Of a stretch of 64,000 nucleotides of DNA, positions 39,064 through 49,084 are shown in pieces. The stretch lies in the IMG/VR virus record IMGVR_UViG_3300013947_000025, positions 1 to 64,000 of that record; one strand, written 5' to 3'. Each line of letters begins with the position of its first letter. The first letter of the stretch is position 1. The stretch comes from a virus. Lineage: Duplodnaviria > Caudoviricetes. A program made the translations under genes and the position numbers. Under the pieces are notes generated by a model. That model was given only the letters and a program-made list of their open reading frames with translations, was not told the DNA's origin and ran no database searches.

Positions 39064-39291
39064 TCATAATCTTATTTTCCAGCACCCTTCCTTAAAATAC
39101 CACCAAAATTCCTTTTCGGGACAAGATTTGTAGAAGTAATGTCCGTCCTCCCATTCATTTCCGCCAAAAATTTTAGCGTTTTGTTCATGCACGTATCTTT
39201 CCGCTTTATCGCGACTAAGAAAGCCTAATTTAGGTATGGGTGGAAATGCCGCATTGCTGTAATAGACGATGTAGTGCTGTACTCTGTTCAT
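39064..39291 (-). CDS. Hypothetical protein
   Basis: Co-oriented, abuts the methylase stop. Confidence 0.45.
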   Translation of the reverse strand: MNRVQHYIVYYSNAAFPPIPKLGFLSRDKAERYVHEQNAKIFGGNEWEDGHYFYKSCPEKEFWWYFKEGCWKIRL

Positions 39292-40005
39292 TTAAATTGT
39301 CCACAACCTTTCTATTCTAACCATACTTGTATTATCATCCTTTTTCAATGTTCTAATCTTTTCCTTCTGCCATATGCACATGAAATCATCAGGCGCGTGT
39401 TCCTCGCTTATAAACACCTTATGCCCCTGTTTAGCAAGCTGTCGCATATAATCCCAAAATTCATCATGGTTGAATGCGCCTGTTGAATAACCCGTTATTT
39501 CAGCATATGGGGGGTCAGCATATATGACGCTATGCTCAGGAATCACCACGTCTCTATAATCACCACACACGAATATAGCATTCTTCAATCCTGTCATGTC
39601 CCTCATCACACCGCGTTTCGCCTGACCGCAATAATCATCGCCACGTTTGTCATGAGCATATCCGCCAAACCACTTCCCACCAAACGAACAACCAAACCCT
39701 ACAAATCCCGTAAGTGCCGGATTCTCGTCTTTGTGCGCTTTGATATATTGATATCCTTCCTTGCTTACAGCATCCGGCGGTATCCATCCATCCTGTAGCC
39801 CTTGCCACATGGCGATAAGGTAAGGATGCAAATCGTTGCATATCTTAATATCCGCTTTGACCTTAGCTTCAATGGCGCAACCGCCACAGAATAGGCTCAC
39901 GAACGGTCGATGCACGCTCTCCTTATCCTGCCCCCCCCAAGTGAAGGGATTGATTATAGACGCTATTTCGCTTGATATAAGGCATTTGCCTCCCATGTAT
40001 CGCAT
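39292..40005 (-). CDS. DNA adenine methyltransferase (Dam/D12 class) with in-frame G8 tract
   Basis: 'MRYMGGK', 'LFCGG', 'IYADPPY', 'VFISE'; C8 at 39931-39938 (G8 on the coding strand, T-W-G-G-Q). Confidence 0.9.
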   Translation of the reverse strand: MRYMGGKCLISSEIASIINPFTWGGQDKESVHRPFVSLFCGGCAIEAKVKADIKICNDLHPYLIAMWQGLQDGWIPPDAVSKEGYQYIKAHKDENPALTGFVGFGCSFGGKWFGGYAHDKRGDDYCGQAKRGVMRDMTGLKNAIFVCGDYRDVVIPEHSVIYADPPYAEITGYSTGAFNHDEFWDYMRQLAKQGHKVFISEEHAPDDFMCIWQKEKIRTLKKDDNTSMVRIERLWTI

Positions 40006-40356
40006 TATATAATTACCTCCAATATGTCCCATATGCAACAAGCAACCATCAGTGACATCAGTACTAATCTATGCCGTCCGCCAAATCGTTTATAGCATTC
40101 CCAATTCAACCCAATACAGAATAGGGATAACGCAAAAATGGTTAAATCACGTAAGTTCATTTTCTATCTCCTCACATATGGCTCGCAATTACAACAACAA
40201 CTCCCGCAAGAAATAGTCCAACACCTCCTGCGAATGGATATACGCCAAACGCACAAGATTCTGAGCGACATTTTTTATGATTATATGAGTCCAATAACAT
40301 TGCAACGATACCCAAAATCATTAGAGCAAATCCAATTATACAAGTACATTTTAGCT

Positions 40357-40728
40357 TCATTCAATCTCCTCATTCCAGAACTGCTTACGGCATTCAAAGC
40401 AACCTACATCTCCAAGTTCATCAAACGCATGGCACTCTTTTGAGTTAATTTTCGAATGAATTATTTTACAAGGGTCAATATCCAGTACGCCATCAAAAAG
40501 TAACGCGTCCGGGAACATCTTCAGAAACTCGCTCTGCCGGGTCTTGCGAGGATGTTCCCGTGCCCACTGCTCGACGATTTCGACGGCTTTTTCAGGGCAT
40601 TCGTTGAAGAGACCAATGCAGTTAGCCCGCATTCCGTTATTCGCATATGACAACCCGCATTTTTCGCAGTTACCCTTCATCATCTCGTGCATCCTGTCCT
40701 TTTCTTTCAAAAATTCAACTGCGTCCAT
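40357..40728 (-). CDS. Hypothetical Cys-rich phage protein
   Basis: 'MDAVEFLKE', 'VEQWAREHPRKTRQSEFLKMFP'. Confidence 0.6.
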   Translation of the reverse strand: MDAVEFLKEKDRMHEMMKGNCEKCGLSYANNGMRANCIGLFNECPEKAVEIVEQWAREHPRKTRQSEFLKMFPDALLFDGVLDIDPCKIIHSKINSKECHAFDELGDVGCFECRKQFWNEEIE

Positions 40729-40936
40729 TTTTGTCCTCCTTAACTTTCGTTTCTAAATTCTTTATTCTCTGCTCCAACATTCCCATGCAATTGGTCATGT
40801 GACGCATGATTTCGTTGTGTTGCTTTATTACCTTAAGCGTAGCTATATCCTCTTTGTCGCGCTGAAAATCTGTGTAGACACAAAACGCGATTGCGCCGAA
40901 TGATAAAGCTATCGCAAGTATGCTTAGTGCGGTCAT
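40715..40936 (-). CDS. Small membrane-anchored coiled-coil protein
   Basis: N-terminal TM segment; first gene after the promoter at 40973. Confidence 0.5.
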   Translation of the reverse strand: MTALSILAIALSFGAIAFCVYTDFQRDKEDIATLKVIKQHNEIMRHMTNCMGMLEQRIKNLETKVKEDKNGRS

Positions 40937-40972
40937 GATTTATTTCCTTTCTCCATCTAAGATGGTATATAT

Positions 40973-41021
40973 ATTATAGCACATCAAACACGATTTGTCA
41001 AGGGGTTTAGAAAAAATTTTT
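40973..41021 (-). promoter_or_regulatory. sigma-A promoter TTGACA-17-TATAAT
   Basis: -10 at 40973-40978, -35 at 40996-41001. Confidence 0.8.
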
Positions 41022-41668
41022 CAAGATTTTTCTACTTTTATCAATTTGTCTTTCAAAACATAACCCAATTTGTAATTATTGTTGTTATCACCTTTGGGAT
41101 AGGGTTCTGTTTTCCATTTTAAGACTTGTTGCCATTGTTTCTTTAGATACTTTTTATGTGTACAAAAATAAACGTATCTATGCTTAGACGTTCTTACACG
41201 TCTATACTCACCCTGCTCATCGTTACTATAATGCCTTGGATGCTTGCCATCAGGGACATATTTGTCTGTGCGCTCTTTTGTTGCCCCTGTATAAATAAAA
41301 TTGCACGCTTGATAAATGTATCCGTGATGATTCATTGCTGTGTCGGAATATGATATTACAATTATATCATATTCCGACAACTGACGCAAACACCACGAGA
41401 CAAATCGGCTCAATGGCTCTTCTAAATCATCTGTGCGACATAAGCGATTTAATTCTATGACGTGATTCGCCCATTCTTTGCCACAAACTCCTTCGCACGG
41501 TTTTGGGGACGCAGGCTTACCGAATGTACACACGGCTTTTAATTCGTCGTTACGATACCATCCATAAGCATACGATACACAAGGAGCACGACCTGAATAG
41601 TGTCTGGGTAAAAGAAAATCAACTGCTGTTTTGTAATCAATGCGTCTCATTGGTGCTGATTGATTCAT
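41021..41668 (-). CDS. Mom-like (GNAT-fold) adenine-modifying enzyme
   Basis: 'RHYSG', 'IELNRLC', 'ISYSDTAMNHHGYIYQACNFIYTG', 'KHRYVY', 'PYPK'. Confidence 0.8.
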   Translation of the reverse strand: MNQSAPMRRIDYKTAVDFLLPRHYSGRAPCVSYAYGWYRNDELKAVCTFGKPASPKPCEGVCGKEWANHVIELNRLCRTDDLEEPLSRFVSWCLRQLSEYDIIVISYSDTAMNHHGYIYQACNFIYTGATKERTDKYVPDGKHPRHYSNDEQGEYRRVRTSKHRYVYFCTHKKYLKKQWQQVLKWKTEPYPKGDNNNNYKLGYVLKDKLIKVEKS

Positions 41669-42045
41669 TTGTTATCTTCCCCCAATCCCTTATCCTCAAT
41701 CATCTCATGAATCTTTTCAACGCAATCCTTGCATATATCGTAATATTCCTTGCCACTGTCACCCCTTAAATTGTCGCATATTATCAATAGCTTAAGATTG
41801 TTTTGAGGCTTCTCTTTGCCACAAAAATCGCAGAAATGTTTAGTCATTAGATTCCTCTTTCCCTATTCTAAATTTTTCGTTTCCATACTGCACATATAAA
41901 GCTCCTTCTGAAATTGCTTCTTGTAAAAAGCCGAAAATTGTCTTTCCGCACTCGCAACAAAAATTTCTTTCGACACCTAAAAAATTATAAGAATAACCAT
42001 CAATACCGTCTGTAAATTCCTTAGCGCACATTTCGCATTTTTTAG

Positions 42046-43143
42046 TCATCCCTCAATAACCTCCCTATTTGCATACAGTTCATTCCATTGCTCCTTTGTC
42101 CCATCAAATGGGCTACATTTATTCCAGTTCTCAAGCCCTATATTATTATACACTACGCTAACGTTACAGTAGCCCTTGAACTGCTTTGCTATATCAAACA
42201 TCTTCTTTTCAAATTTGTCATACTCAGGCGTATCAAGCCCCACAAAATCGCTATCAAAGCACAGGACAACATCCTTAACGCCCATCTTGATTATTTCATT
42301 CCTGCGTTTCAAGCCCAGCTGAGAGCCATACAGAGCCACACAGTTGTTGTCTCGTCCAAGAAATTCATTGGCTTTGAGGCAGCTCTTCTCCCCCTCACAT
42401 AACAATATCTGCTGAGTTCTCTCAATCGCTTCCCATGTATAGTTTATTCCATAGAACACTTGATTGGTTGGGAAAGCATATGACTGCCCATCAAGCGTTA
42501 TCAATGGAATATACTTAGCCGTCTCAAGCCGTTCGGGGTCAAGATTCCTACAGCGAATGCCTATAAGCTCACCCTCGCGATTCCGGCAGGGGATGCAGAT
42601 TTGATTAGCTCGGCGATAATATTTTATGCCAAATTTCTTTTGCGTCTCGATGCTTATACCCTCATCAATCCATCCTTCGTAATAACTTGATTCAAGCTCG
42701 TTCAGGATGCAAGGGTCAAAGGTCTTAAGCAAGGTATCGCCTTTACGCATACGGACAAATCGTTCAAGCCCTGACCAATCGCATATGTTGGGTTGCTTGC
42801 TTACGCGCTTGTAATTGCCTATCTCTTTGCCTGTTGATTGCGCTATGAATCCTACGGCGTCCATGAATGAGCAAGGTTTACCAAGGGTCTTCAGTCTGCG
42901 CTGTGTCAGCCCGATGATGTCGAATGAGCAAGCGCATTGAGTGACGCATTGAAACGACTTGGTATCCGTGTAGAAGATTAGATTGTGACCGCCCTTGTAA
43001 GCGTCCTTATGGTGGCAACCTGTGTAAAGTCTCCATGTCTTGTCTCCTTTGGTGTAGATGGGGATTGTCAAGTCGGTTAAGATTTTTTCACAATCCCCAA
43101 GCGTCAACTGCTGTTTCAGTGTTCGGGTGTTGATTTTTTCCAT
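42046..43143 (-). CDS. DNA primase (Zn-binding plus TOPRIM)
   Basis: 'CHH...C..QC', 'IPCRNREGELIGIRCR', 'LCEGEKS', 'CFDSD'. Confidence 0.85.
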   Translation of the reverse strand: MEKINTRTLKQQLTLGDCEKILTDLTIPIYTKGDKTWRLYTGCHHKDAYKGGHNLIFYTDTKSFQCVTQCACSFDIIGLTQRRLKTLGKPCSFMDAVGFIAQSTGKEIGNYKRVSKQPNICDWSGLERFVRMRKGDTLLKTFDPCILNELESSYYEGWIDEGISIETQKKFGIKYYRRANQICIPCRNREGELIGIRCRNLDPERLETAKYIPLITLDGQSYAFPTNQVFYGINYTWEAIERTQQILLCEGEKSCLKANEFLGRDNNCVALYGSQLGLKRRNEIIKMGVKDVVLCFDSDFVGLDTPEYDKFEKKMFDIAKQFKGYCNVSVVYNNIGLENWNKCSPFDGTKEQWNELYANREVIEG

Positions 43144-43556
43144 CGTCTAAGCATATCCTTCAACAAACTTTCTTTGAAAGCGTCAGCCACGTCTGTGCCT
43201 ATATTCTCAGGGCTAAGGGGGAAGCCAAATTCTGTCTTGCTTTCAAAGATTCCATCCCCAAGAACATGATCGAACAGGTTAGCATAATATTCCTTACACA
43301 GCTTACGTAATCGCTTGAATAGACGCTGATTACCATCGGCATACTTCCATTCATCAGCGACATTGTTGGCAGATGCTTTCCTTATCCGCAGTTCCTTGTA
43401 TACACAGGTCATCTGGGCAAAATATTCAACGCATGCATTCGCCGCCTTGTCAAGGCACTTGCCAAACATTTTGCCCATGTTGTATTGACCGCTCTGCGAT
43501 TCAAGGTCGTAGGTCAGCGTGTGCAACGCCTTGACCATATCAAATTCCTGCTTCAT
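43116..43556 (-). CDS. Hypothetical protein
   Basis: Likely start at MKQEFDM. Confidence 0.5.
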   Translation of the reverse strand: MKQEFDMVKALHTLTYDLESQSGQYNMGKMFGKCLDKAANACVEYFAQMTCVYKELRIRKASANNVADEWKYADGNQRLFKRLRKLCKEYYANLFDHVLGDGIFESKTEFGFPLSPENIGTDVADAFKESLLKDMLRRWKKSTPEH

Positions 43557-43740
43557 TTCTTTACCTTCCCTATTTCTGCGATATAGCTGACTTCGCCATC
43601 GCGTTTTTTCATTGCCCATATCTTGCCGCCGTATTCGATTTCACGATACCTCATGAAATGTCCATCCTTTTCGATTTCGTCATCGCTAAGGATTTTGCCG
43701 TAATGGAGCAAGTCTGCTCTGGTAGGTGTTGTTATCCAAG

Positions 43741-43983
43741 TCATCTGTAAAAATCCTTTCCTGCGTCAGTGAGTGCCCAATCGCATATAACACCGAATCC
43801 AAACATATACTCATCGTAGGATATTTCGCCCTTAAGCTCTTTTTTAAGAAGTTCATCAGCGAAGATTCTTGCTCCCGCAGTAAAAGTCCTTACTTTGCAT
43901 CCATCAATCGTAGTCTCCTGCGAATTTTCCTTTACTATCTCGCGAACCAACTTTGCCACATAGTCTCCTCTAATCGTACTCAT
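43741..43983 (-). CDS. Hypothetical protein
   Basis: AGGAG RBS before MSTIRGD; first gene after the promoter at 44041. Confidence 0.5.
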   Translation of the reverse strand: MSTIRGDYVAKLVREIVKENSQETTIDGCKVRTFTAGARIFADELLKKELKGEISYDEYMFGFGVICDWALTDAGKDFYR

Positions 43984-44040
43984 GTTATTATCTCCTTTAA
44001 GTTTATGTATTTGATTTATCCTTCTCTTGAGGACATATAT

Positions 44041-44105
44041 ATTATAGCACAAAAAAGGAGGTTTGTCAACCCCCTTTTCAAATTTTATTATGAACTTTTT
44101 GTAAA
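44041..44105 (-). promoter_or_regulatory. sigma-A promoter with TTTACA-N5-TTCATA box
   Basis: -10 at 44041-44046, -35 TTGACA at 44064-44069, box at 44089-44105. Confidence 0.8.
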
Positions 44106-44107
44106 CG

Positions 44108-45346
44108 TTACTTGCTCAGCCCAACAGGGATACCACGTCCAGCAAGTTCCTTCTTTGCTTCGCAGACATCATCCGAACAGAACATCTCCCTAAATTCCTT
44201 TAGCACCTCAATGAACCTATCAATATCCTGCTCATCCGTATCGTAGCCAAAGCTCAACCGGATACAATGTGCCGCTTCTTCCTTGGTTAATCCGTACGCT
44301 TCAGCGACACGATAATCGCCCTGTCCTGCGCAAGCCGAATGGAATGCGGAAAAATAAACTTGCCGTGTTGAAGCAAATTGCTGGAACGCATCTGCGTTGA
44401 TGTCGGGCAGGTACAGCCCTATGATACCAAGACTAAAGTCCTGCGTACCCCAATGGAACGATTTAACTATATCGTTGTAATCTTCGCGAATGTCGGCAAT
44501 GCCACGAATAAGACGTTCCCAAAGGGCGTTCCACTTGCTTTCAATGTATAATCCTTCCCAGCCATCTTTTCCACCAATGCATCTTTTTACCTCGTTCTGA
44601 CAATGTTCCATTGCTGTTGCCTGTGCCATTGCCTGAGCCACGTTAGGCGTACCGAAATGAAGCGGAGGCTCATTCCCTATACAATGTGCCTTCCACGCTC
44701 TATCGCTGAACCAGATGCCGCCCGTGCCTTTCTCAGCCCCTACCTTCTGCCCTGACCATATAGCTACATCACACCAATCGTCTATATTCTCGGGGATAGG
44801 CTCGTTGTGTAGACCTGCTGTAAGGTCGCAGACCATGTGCATACCGTATTGATGGACAAGGTTACCTATTTCCTTGACAGGCATAATTTGTCCCGTGAGA
44901 TTGTTGATGAACATCCATACACATGGACAAGGCGAACAAGTTTCATTCGATTCCTTTATCTTATCCTTGTTTATTCCAAGCCATAGTTTTAGCCCTTCAA
45001 GAGTTTTGCCAACAAACATATCTGGGCTGATACATTCACGTTTAGCGATATATGCAAGGCAATCATGCTCAAACGCGCTGATGGCACATGGTTCGCTAAA
45101 ATCGCTGTACAAATCCGCAAGATACTTGCCCATAATCGTAGCGTTTGCCCCAAAGATGATATGACCCGTCTTTGACCCAAGGGCTTCAAGGGCTATTGAT
45201 TCAGCTTCTTTTAGTTGTTTCTGGTCGCTTAGGGCATAGGGCTGATTGGGGTTATAATTTGTTCCTGTATTGAAGTCCCACCCCCAATATGTTGTGGGGG
45301 CGGATGCTGCATAATCAAGATATACTGGTTTATTCATTTGATTCAC
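44108..45346 (-). CDS. Cysteine desulfurase (IscS/DndA-like, PLP class V)
   Basis: 'VYLDYAASAP', 'NNLTGQIMPV', 'SGQKVGAEKGTG' (PLP Lys), 'GTPNV', 'HSAC' (catalytic Cys), 'IRLSFG'. Confidence 0.85.
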   Translation of the reverse strand: MNQMNKPVYLDYAASAPTTYWGWDFNTGTNYNPNQPYALSDQKQLKEAESIALEALGSKTGHIIFGANATIMGKYLADLYSDFSEPCAISAFEHDCLAYIAKRECISPDMFVGKTLEGLKLWLGINKDKIKESNETCSPCPCVWMFINNLTGQIMPVKEIGNLVHQYGMHMVCDLTAGLHNEPIPENIDDWCDVAIWSGQKVGAEKGTGGIWFSDRAWKAHCIGNEPPLHFGTPNVAQAMAQATAMEHCQNEVKRCIGGKDGWEGLYIESKWNALWERLIRGIADIREDYNDIVKSFHWGTQDFSLGIIGLYLPDINADAFQQFASTRQVYFSAFHSACAGQGDYRVAEAYGLTKEEAAHCIRLSFGYDTDEQDIDRFIEVLKEFREMFCSDDVCEAKKELAGRGIPVGLSK

Positions 45347-46408
45347 TTTCTGTTAATTTACGCTGTTTTTCAGCTTCTTCTTTTTCGTGGTAAATTCGTC
45401 TATATTCATCACGTTTTGCTTCATCGCCATCATTCCACCATTTTACGTTGATGTAATCGAGGACTTTAGCCATACCAAGCCCCTTATCGGGTATCCACAT
45501 TCCAGATTCATCATATTTACCACCACGCATACAATAGTCATAAAGTTGAGAATGGGTTAAAGCCATTTGTTGAAAACGGTTAGGGAGCTTCTCTTGAAGA
45601 CAACCAAAAGCACAAAATACGCACCCCGTCCTATTCATTCTTGAAAGGCTGTACTTGCCTTTTGCATAAATTATTTCACCATAGGGAGGCGCAATGGTAA
45701 TTTTGTTATCGTAGATATATTTTAACACGTCTTGCTCTGTCCAGAATGCCATCGGAGTTGATTGGGGAATTGCAAGTGTGTCAAAAGCATTGCATCCATT
45801 TTTTAACCATGCGTCTCTACGCCTACGACTTTCTTCCGTTAAAGTTCCTATAAACGCTTTGCGTCCGCTTTCTTTTTCGTAATGATGAAGAGGAGATTTT
45901 TTCATTACATCGCAACACAAATCGTCTATTTTGAAATCTGCTTCCAACAGGAATTTCCACTTGGTGCAATTATATTGAGATTCTTTACCGTCTTTACCCG
46001 GATATGTTCCTTCAAACATCTTATGCGCAGCTGTGTCGTTACGTTTAGATTTACGAACCTCACCCACACGACAAGCAATATTTTTGCTGATGATAGGATA
46101 CCCATACTTAGTCAGCACCTCACTAAACGTCATTTTAGGCTTAACCCAGACAACGTTATCAAACCCTCTAACAAACTCCCTGATTTCTGGAAATTCCAAA
46201 CCTGTATCAGCAAATACTGCGGGCACATCTGGATATATTTTTCTTACTAAATCAAGCAATACTGTACTGTCTTTGCCACCTGAGAAGGAAACATATACTT
46301 GCCCCCCCCCCAGTTCTCGTACCATTCAATAATTCTGGCGGTTGATATTTGAATTTTCTCTTCAAGAGACTTGGATTGTAGCTCTTTTAATTCCTCTTTG
46401 GTTGGCAT
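45330..46408 (-). pseudogene. PAPS-reductase-family (DndC/SspD-like) protein, out of frame at G10 tract (candidate phase-OFF)
   Basis: 'VSFSGGKDSTVL', 'DTGLEFPE', 'CCDVMKK', 'RTGCVFC'; N-terminal MPTKEELKELQSKSLEEKIQISTARIIEWYENW from ATG 46408 (GAGG RBS) joins the main ORF only with G8 or G11; C10 at 46302-46311. Confidence 0.8.
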
Positions 46409-46416
46409 ATTTTACC

Positions 46417-46839
46417 TCACAGACACGTAGTATCTTCCCAATAATCCTTGGTAACGTATACATTAACCTCGTCCTCAAACTTAACGCCAAAGACAAGCGT
46501 ATCGCCAGACATGGTAATGTAAAATTCTCCCGCCTTCCATTCGGGAGACATTAGATGGTCATAGCACTTGTCAACCATTCCCTGAATTTCTTCGTCCTTA
46601 ATCTCTACTGCCGACTCGCTGTCCGTATGGTCAAATGTTGTCCCCCACGTGGGAGTCATCACACGATAATCGCTAATGAATATTTCCTCGCCGCAGACAG
46701 GACAGGTCAAGCACATCATACCCCATAATCCCATGTGTTCATCCACTTCGTTATACTCAAGCTCTGCGCCACAATGGTCGCATATGGTGCGCTTTGGATA
46801 AGCTGTTTCCTTAACTTCGCTTCTGCTAATTACCTTCAT
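46417..46839 (-). CDS. Zn-ribbon hypothetical protein
   Basis: CDHC and CPVC motifs. Confidence 0.55.
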   Translation of the reverse strand: MKVISRSEVKETAYPKRTICDHCGAELEYNEVDEHMGLWGMMCLTCPVCGEEIFISDYRVMTPTWGTTFDHTDSESAVEIKDEEIQGMVDKCYDHLMSPEWKAGEFYITMSGDTLVFGVKFEDEVNVYVTKDYWEDTTCL

Positions 46840-46849
46840 AAAATCCTCC

Positions 46850-48388
46850 TTAAATCTTTACCCATGAATTTATTTCTTTTAATAGAATCGCTGTACCAGT
46901 ATTGTTGACTTTAGATACCGTGTACGCACGACCTACCATTGATGCCGGAACTGTTTTACCGTTGGTGTATACATCATTTGATTTAATGGTGTACTTGTCA
47001 CCTACGGAATATTTAGACATGGTTGTTGATGGTGAATTATTGCCCATCTTCCATTCTGAATAAGACACTACCTTGTTTAGAAATTCTGTCCAATGGGGGA
47101 TGATATAAACAGGACAATTTTTTCTTGCACCATAGATTATCTTATCGTCTGGTTGCCCCATGAACCAGTTATGCGTATAAATATCGTTGATGGTCAAATC
47201 ATGAATATCACATAGGAAAGCAATCAACTTTGCCGCATTGTCTTCAGCTTCCTTGTAGTTGCCTGCAACCTCTATAGCGATGGTATCAAGGTTACCCCCT
47301 ATAATCATACCCTTAGTAGCTTTATCGTGCGCTGTGCGCCTTGTAGAGCCGTCTCCGGCGTGCCAACCACGTTCCACATGACCCTCAGATGTACAAAGCA
47401 ATTGCCAGATTGAATACTCATCAACATAGTAGTGAACCATTGCACCACCCATGTTTCCGTTATAAGTTGCCCTACAATAGACCTCAGCAGGCGTAGTGCC
47501 GCTTGGAGCATCTAAGGTCGATGTGTTATGAACCGTTATGCCCCTTGGGTAGCCTGTGCCGTTATTGACCAAAGCGCATGGCTTGATGGGCTGACCCTTT
47601 TTGACATAAGACGCAACATCCTTGGGCGCACGAAAGGTGTTAGGGACGATTTTTTGATAAACTGTAAATCCTCTACCACTCGGCGTATAAAGATTCAAGG
47701 TCTTGTCGGGGATAAGAAATCCTTGGCTTGTTCTGTCTGTAGATGCGGTCGTTGTAGGCTTTGTAGGGGCTGTACCCTTGGTATAGATAGCAACAACATT
47801 ATCAACAGCACGATTATATGCGGATGAAGTCTTCTTTTCGCCATTGACAAACATTCCTGTTGAACCTCCTCCATCAAGGTTAATTGCGTACTTGCAACCG
47901 AGCTTCTTCATATACGCCTGTGCTTCGATAAGATTCATGCCCGGATTATCAACGCACACAAGCATCACAAAATCATCGTCATAACCAAGCAATGTGCGCC
48001 TTGCCTTGTAGTTGATTTCCTTGGCAAACGTGATTGTGATGCTTTGTGAATCATCAAGCAGGTTTGGATAACCAGACACAAAATCACGCCACCTACGACT
48101 ATTTAATTCACCGTAAATAAGCTGATTTTCACCAATAATGCCCATGCCCCATTTATACTTAGCATTGGTCGCTTTTGCTTTGCCCTCGTCCATATAATTA
48201 AACACTGGCTCACGCGTTGACATATTGAAGAACCCGCCATTGGTCAAGATGGTTGGCTTCTCCGATTGTCGTGCATAGTAGGCTGATAACGTCTCTGCTG
48301 GCTGTTGACAAGCATCAAAATCAATGCGCTTGATTTCCCACTTAGGAACAATCGTCACACAGACGCTACCGTCTCGATAGAATTGCAT
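46850..48388 (-). CDS. Putative endolysin: phosphodiester glycosidase (NAGPA-like) plus N-acetylmuramoyl-L-alanine amidase
   Basis: 'NGGFF', 'RRTLLG', 'AINLDGGGST'; 'ITVHNT', 'HYYVD', 'GWHAGDG', 'IAIE', 'KNCP'. Confidence 0.8.
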   Translation of the reverse strand: MQFYRDGSVCVTIVPKWEIKRIDFDACQQPAETLSAYYARQSEKPTILTNGGFFNMSTREPVFNYMDEGKAKATNAKYKWGMGIIGENQLIYGELNSRRWRDFVSGYPNLLDDSQSITITFAKEINYKARRTLLGYDDDFVMLVCVDNPGMNLIEAQAYMKKLGCKYAINLDGGGSTGMFVNGEKKTSSAYNRAVDNVVAIYTKGTAPTKPTTTASTDRTSQGFLIPDKTLNLYTPSGRGFTVYQKIVPNTFRAPKDVASYVKKGQPIKPCALVNNGTGYPRGITVHNTSTLDAPSGTTPAEVYCRATYNGNMGGAMVHYYVDEYSIWQLLCTSEGHVERGWHAGDGSTRRTAHDKATKGMIIGGNLDTIAIEVAGNYKEAEDNAAKLIAFLCDIHDLTINDIYTHNWFMGQPDDKIIYGARKNCPVYIIPHWTEFLNKVVSYSEWKMGNNSPSTTMSKYSVGDKYTIKSNDVYTNGKTVPASMVGRAYTVSKVNNTGTAILLKEINSWVKI

Positions 48389-48927
48389 TCATCTTCCTCC
48401 TTGATTATTTCTTCCCCTAAATTGGGGTTTATTAACTCGCCCTCATGATTGATGTAGGGTGCGTTACCATCATGTCGTATAGGGTTTAATACCGCATAGT
48501 TGCCATCTTCATCCATAAAAATAATGGGCTTTAGTCGTGTTGTGTAGAACATCCTCATTGCGCCCGGCAAGAGCTTCATTATCCTCAGCATATAGTAAGG
48601 ATTAACGAAAAGATAGATGCTTTTGTCAAGCTCGTAAGGAAAAGGTCTGCGCGTGTTTTTGCCTGATATATTCCTTACCTTTACCATGAAATCAATATCT
48701 GGAACTCTCTGCATCTTAGCAGACACTGGAGCGTCGAGGTATTGAAGCAAATCTTTGTCTACGCCTTGGGACTCAGGAAGGTTTGGTTTCTTTGTAAAAT
48801 AGAAACAACTAATTCCATCAGTCACAATCCAAAACTTCCCCTGCTTAAATGTTCCTTGTAATTCCGGATGGTTGGGATTTGTTATTAACCCCTTTAACAT
48901 TTGCACCTGCGATCCTGTCATTTTCAT
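48355..48927 (-). CDS. Hypothetical protein
   Basis: Co-oriented ORF. Confidence 0.5.
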   Translation of the reverse strand: MKMTGSQVQMLKGLITNPNHPELQGTFKQGKFWIVTDGISCFYFTKKPNLPESQGVDKDLLQYLDAPVSAKMQRVPDIDFMVKVRNISGKNTRRPFPYELDKSIYLFVNPYYMLRIMKLLPGAMRMFYTTRLKPIIFMDEDGNYAVLNPIRHDGNAPYINHEGELINPNLGEEIIKEEDECNSIETVASV

Positions 48928-49084
48928 TATTATTTTTCTCCTTTACTTTTTTTAAGAAAGCAATCCCACGAACACGTGTATTCCTTCCCTATTAAATATT
49001 TAGTATCATCACCCGGTAAAAACCGCTTACCACAGACAGGACAAATCAACGTACTGTCGATATTGTCCTCTGTGATTTTCTTTC

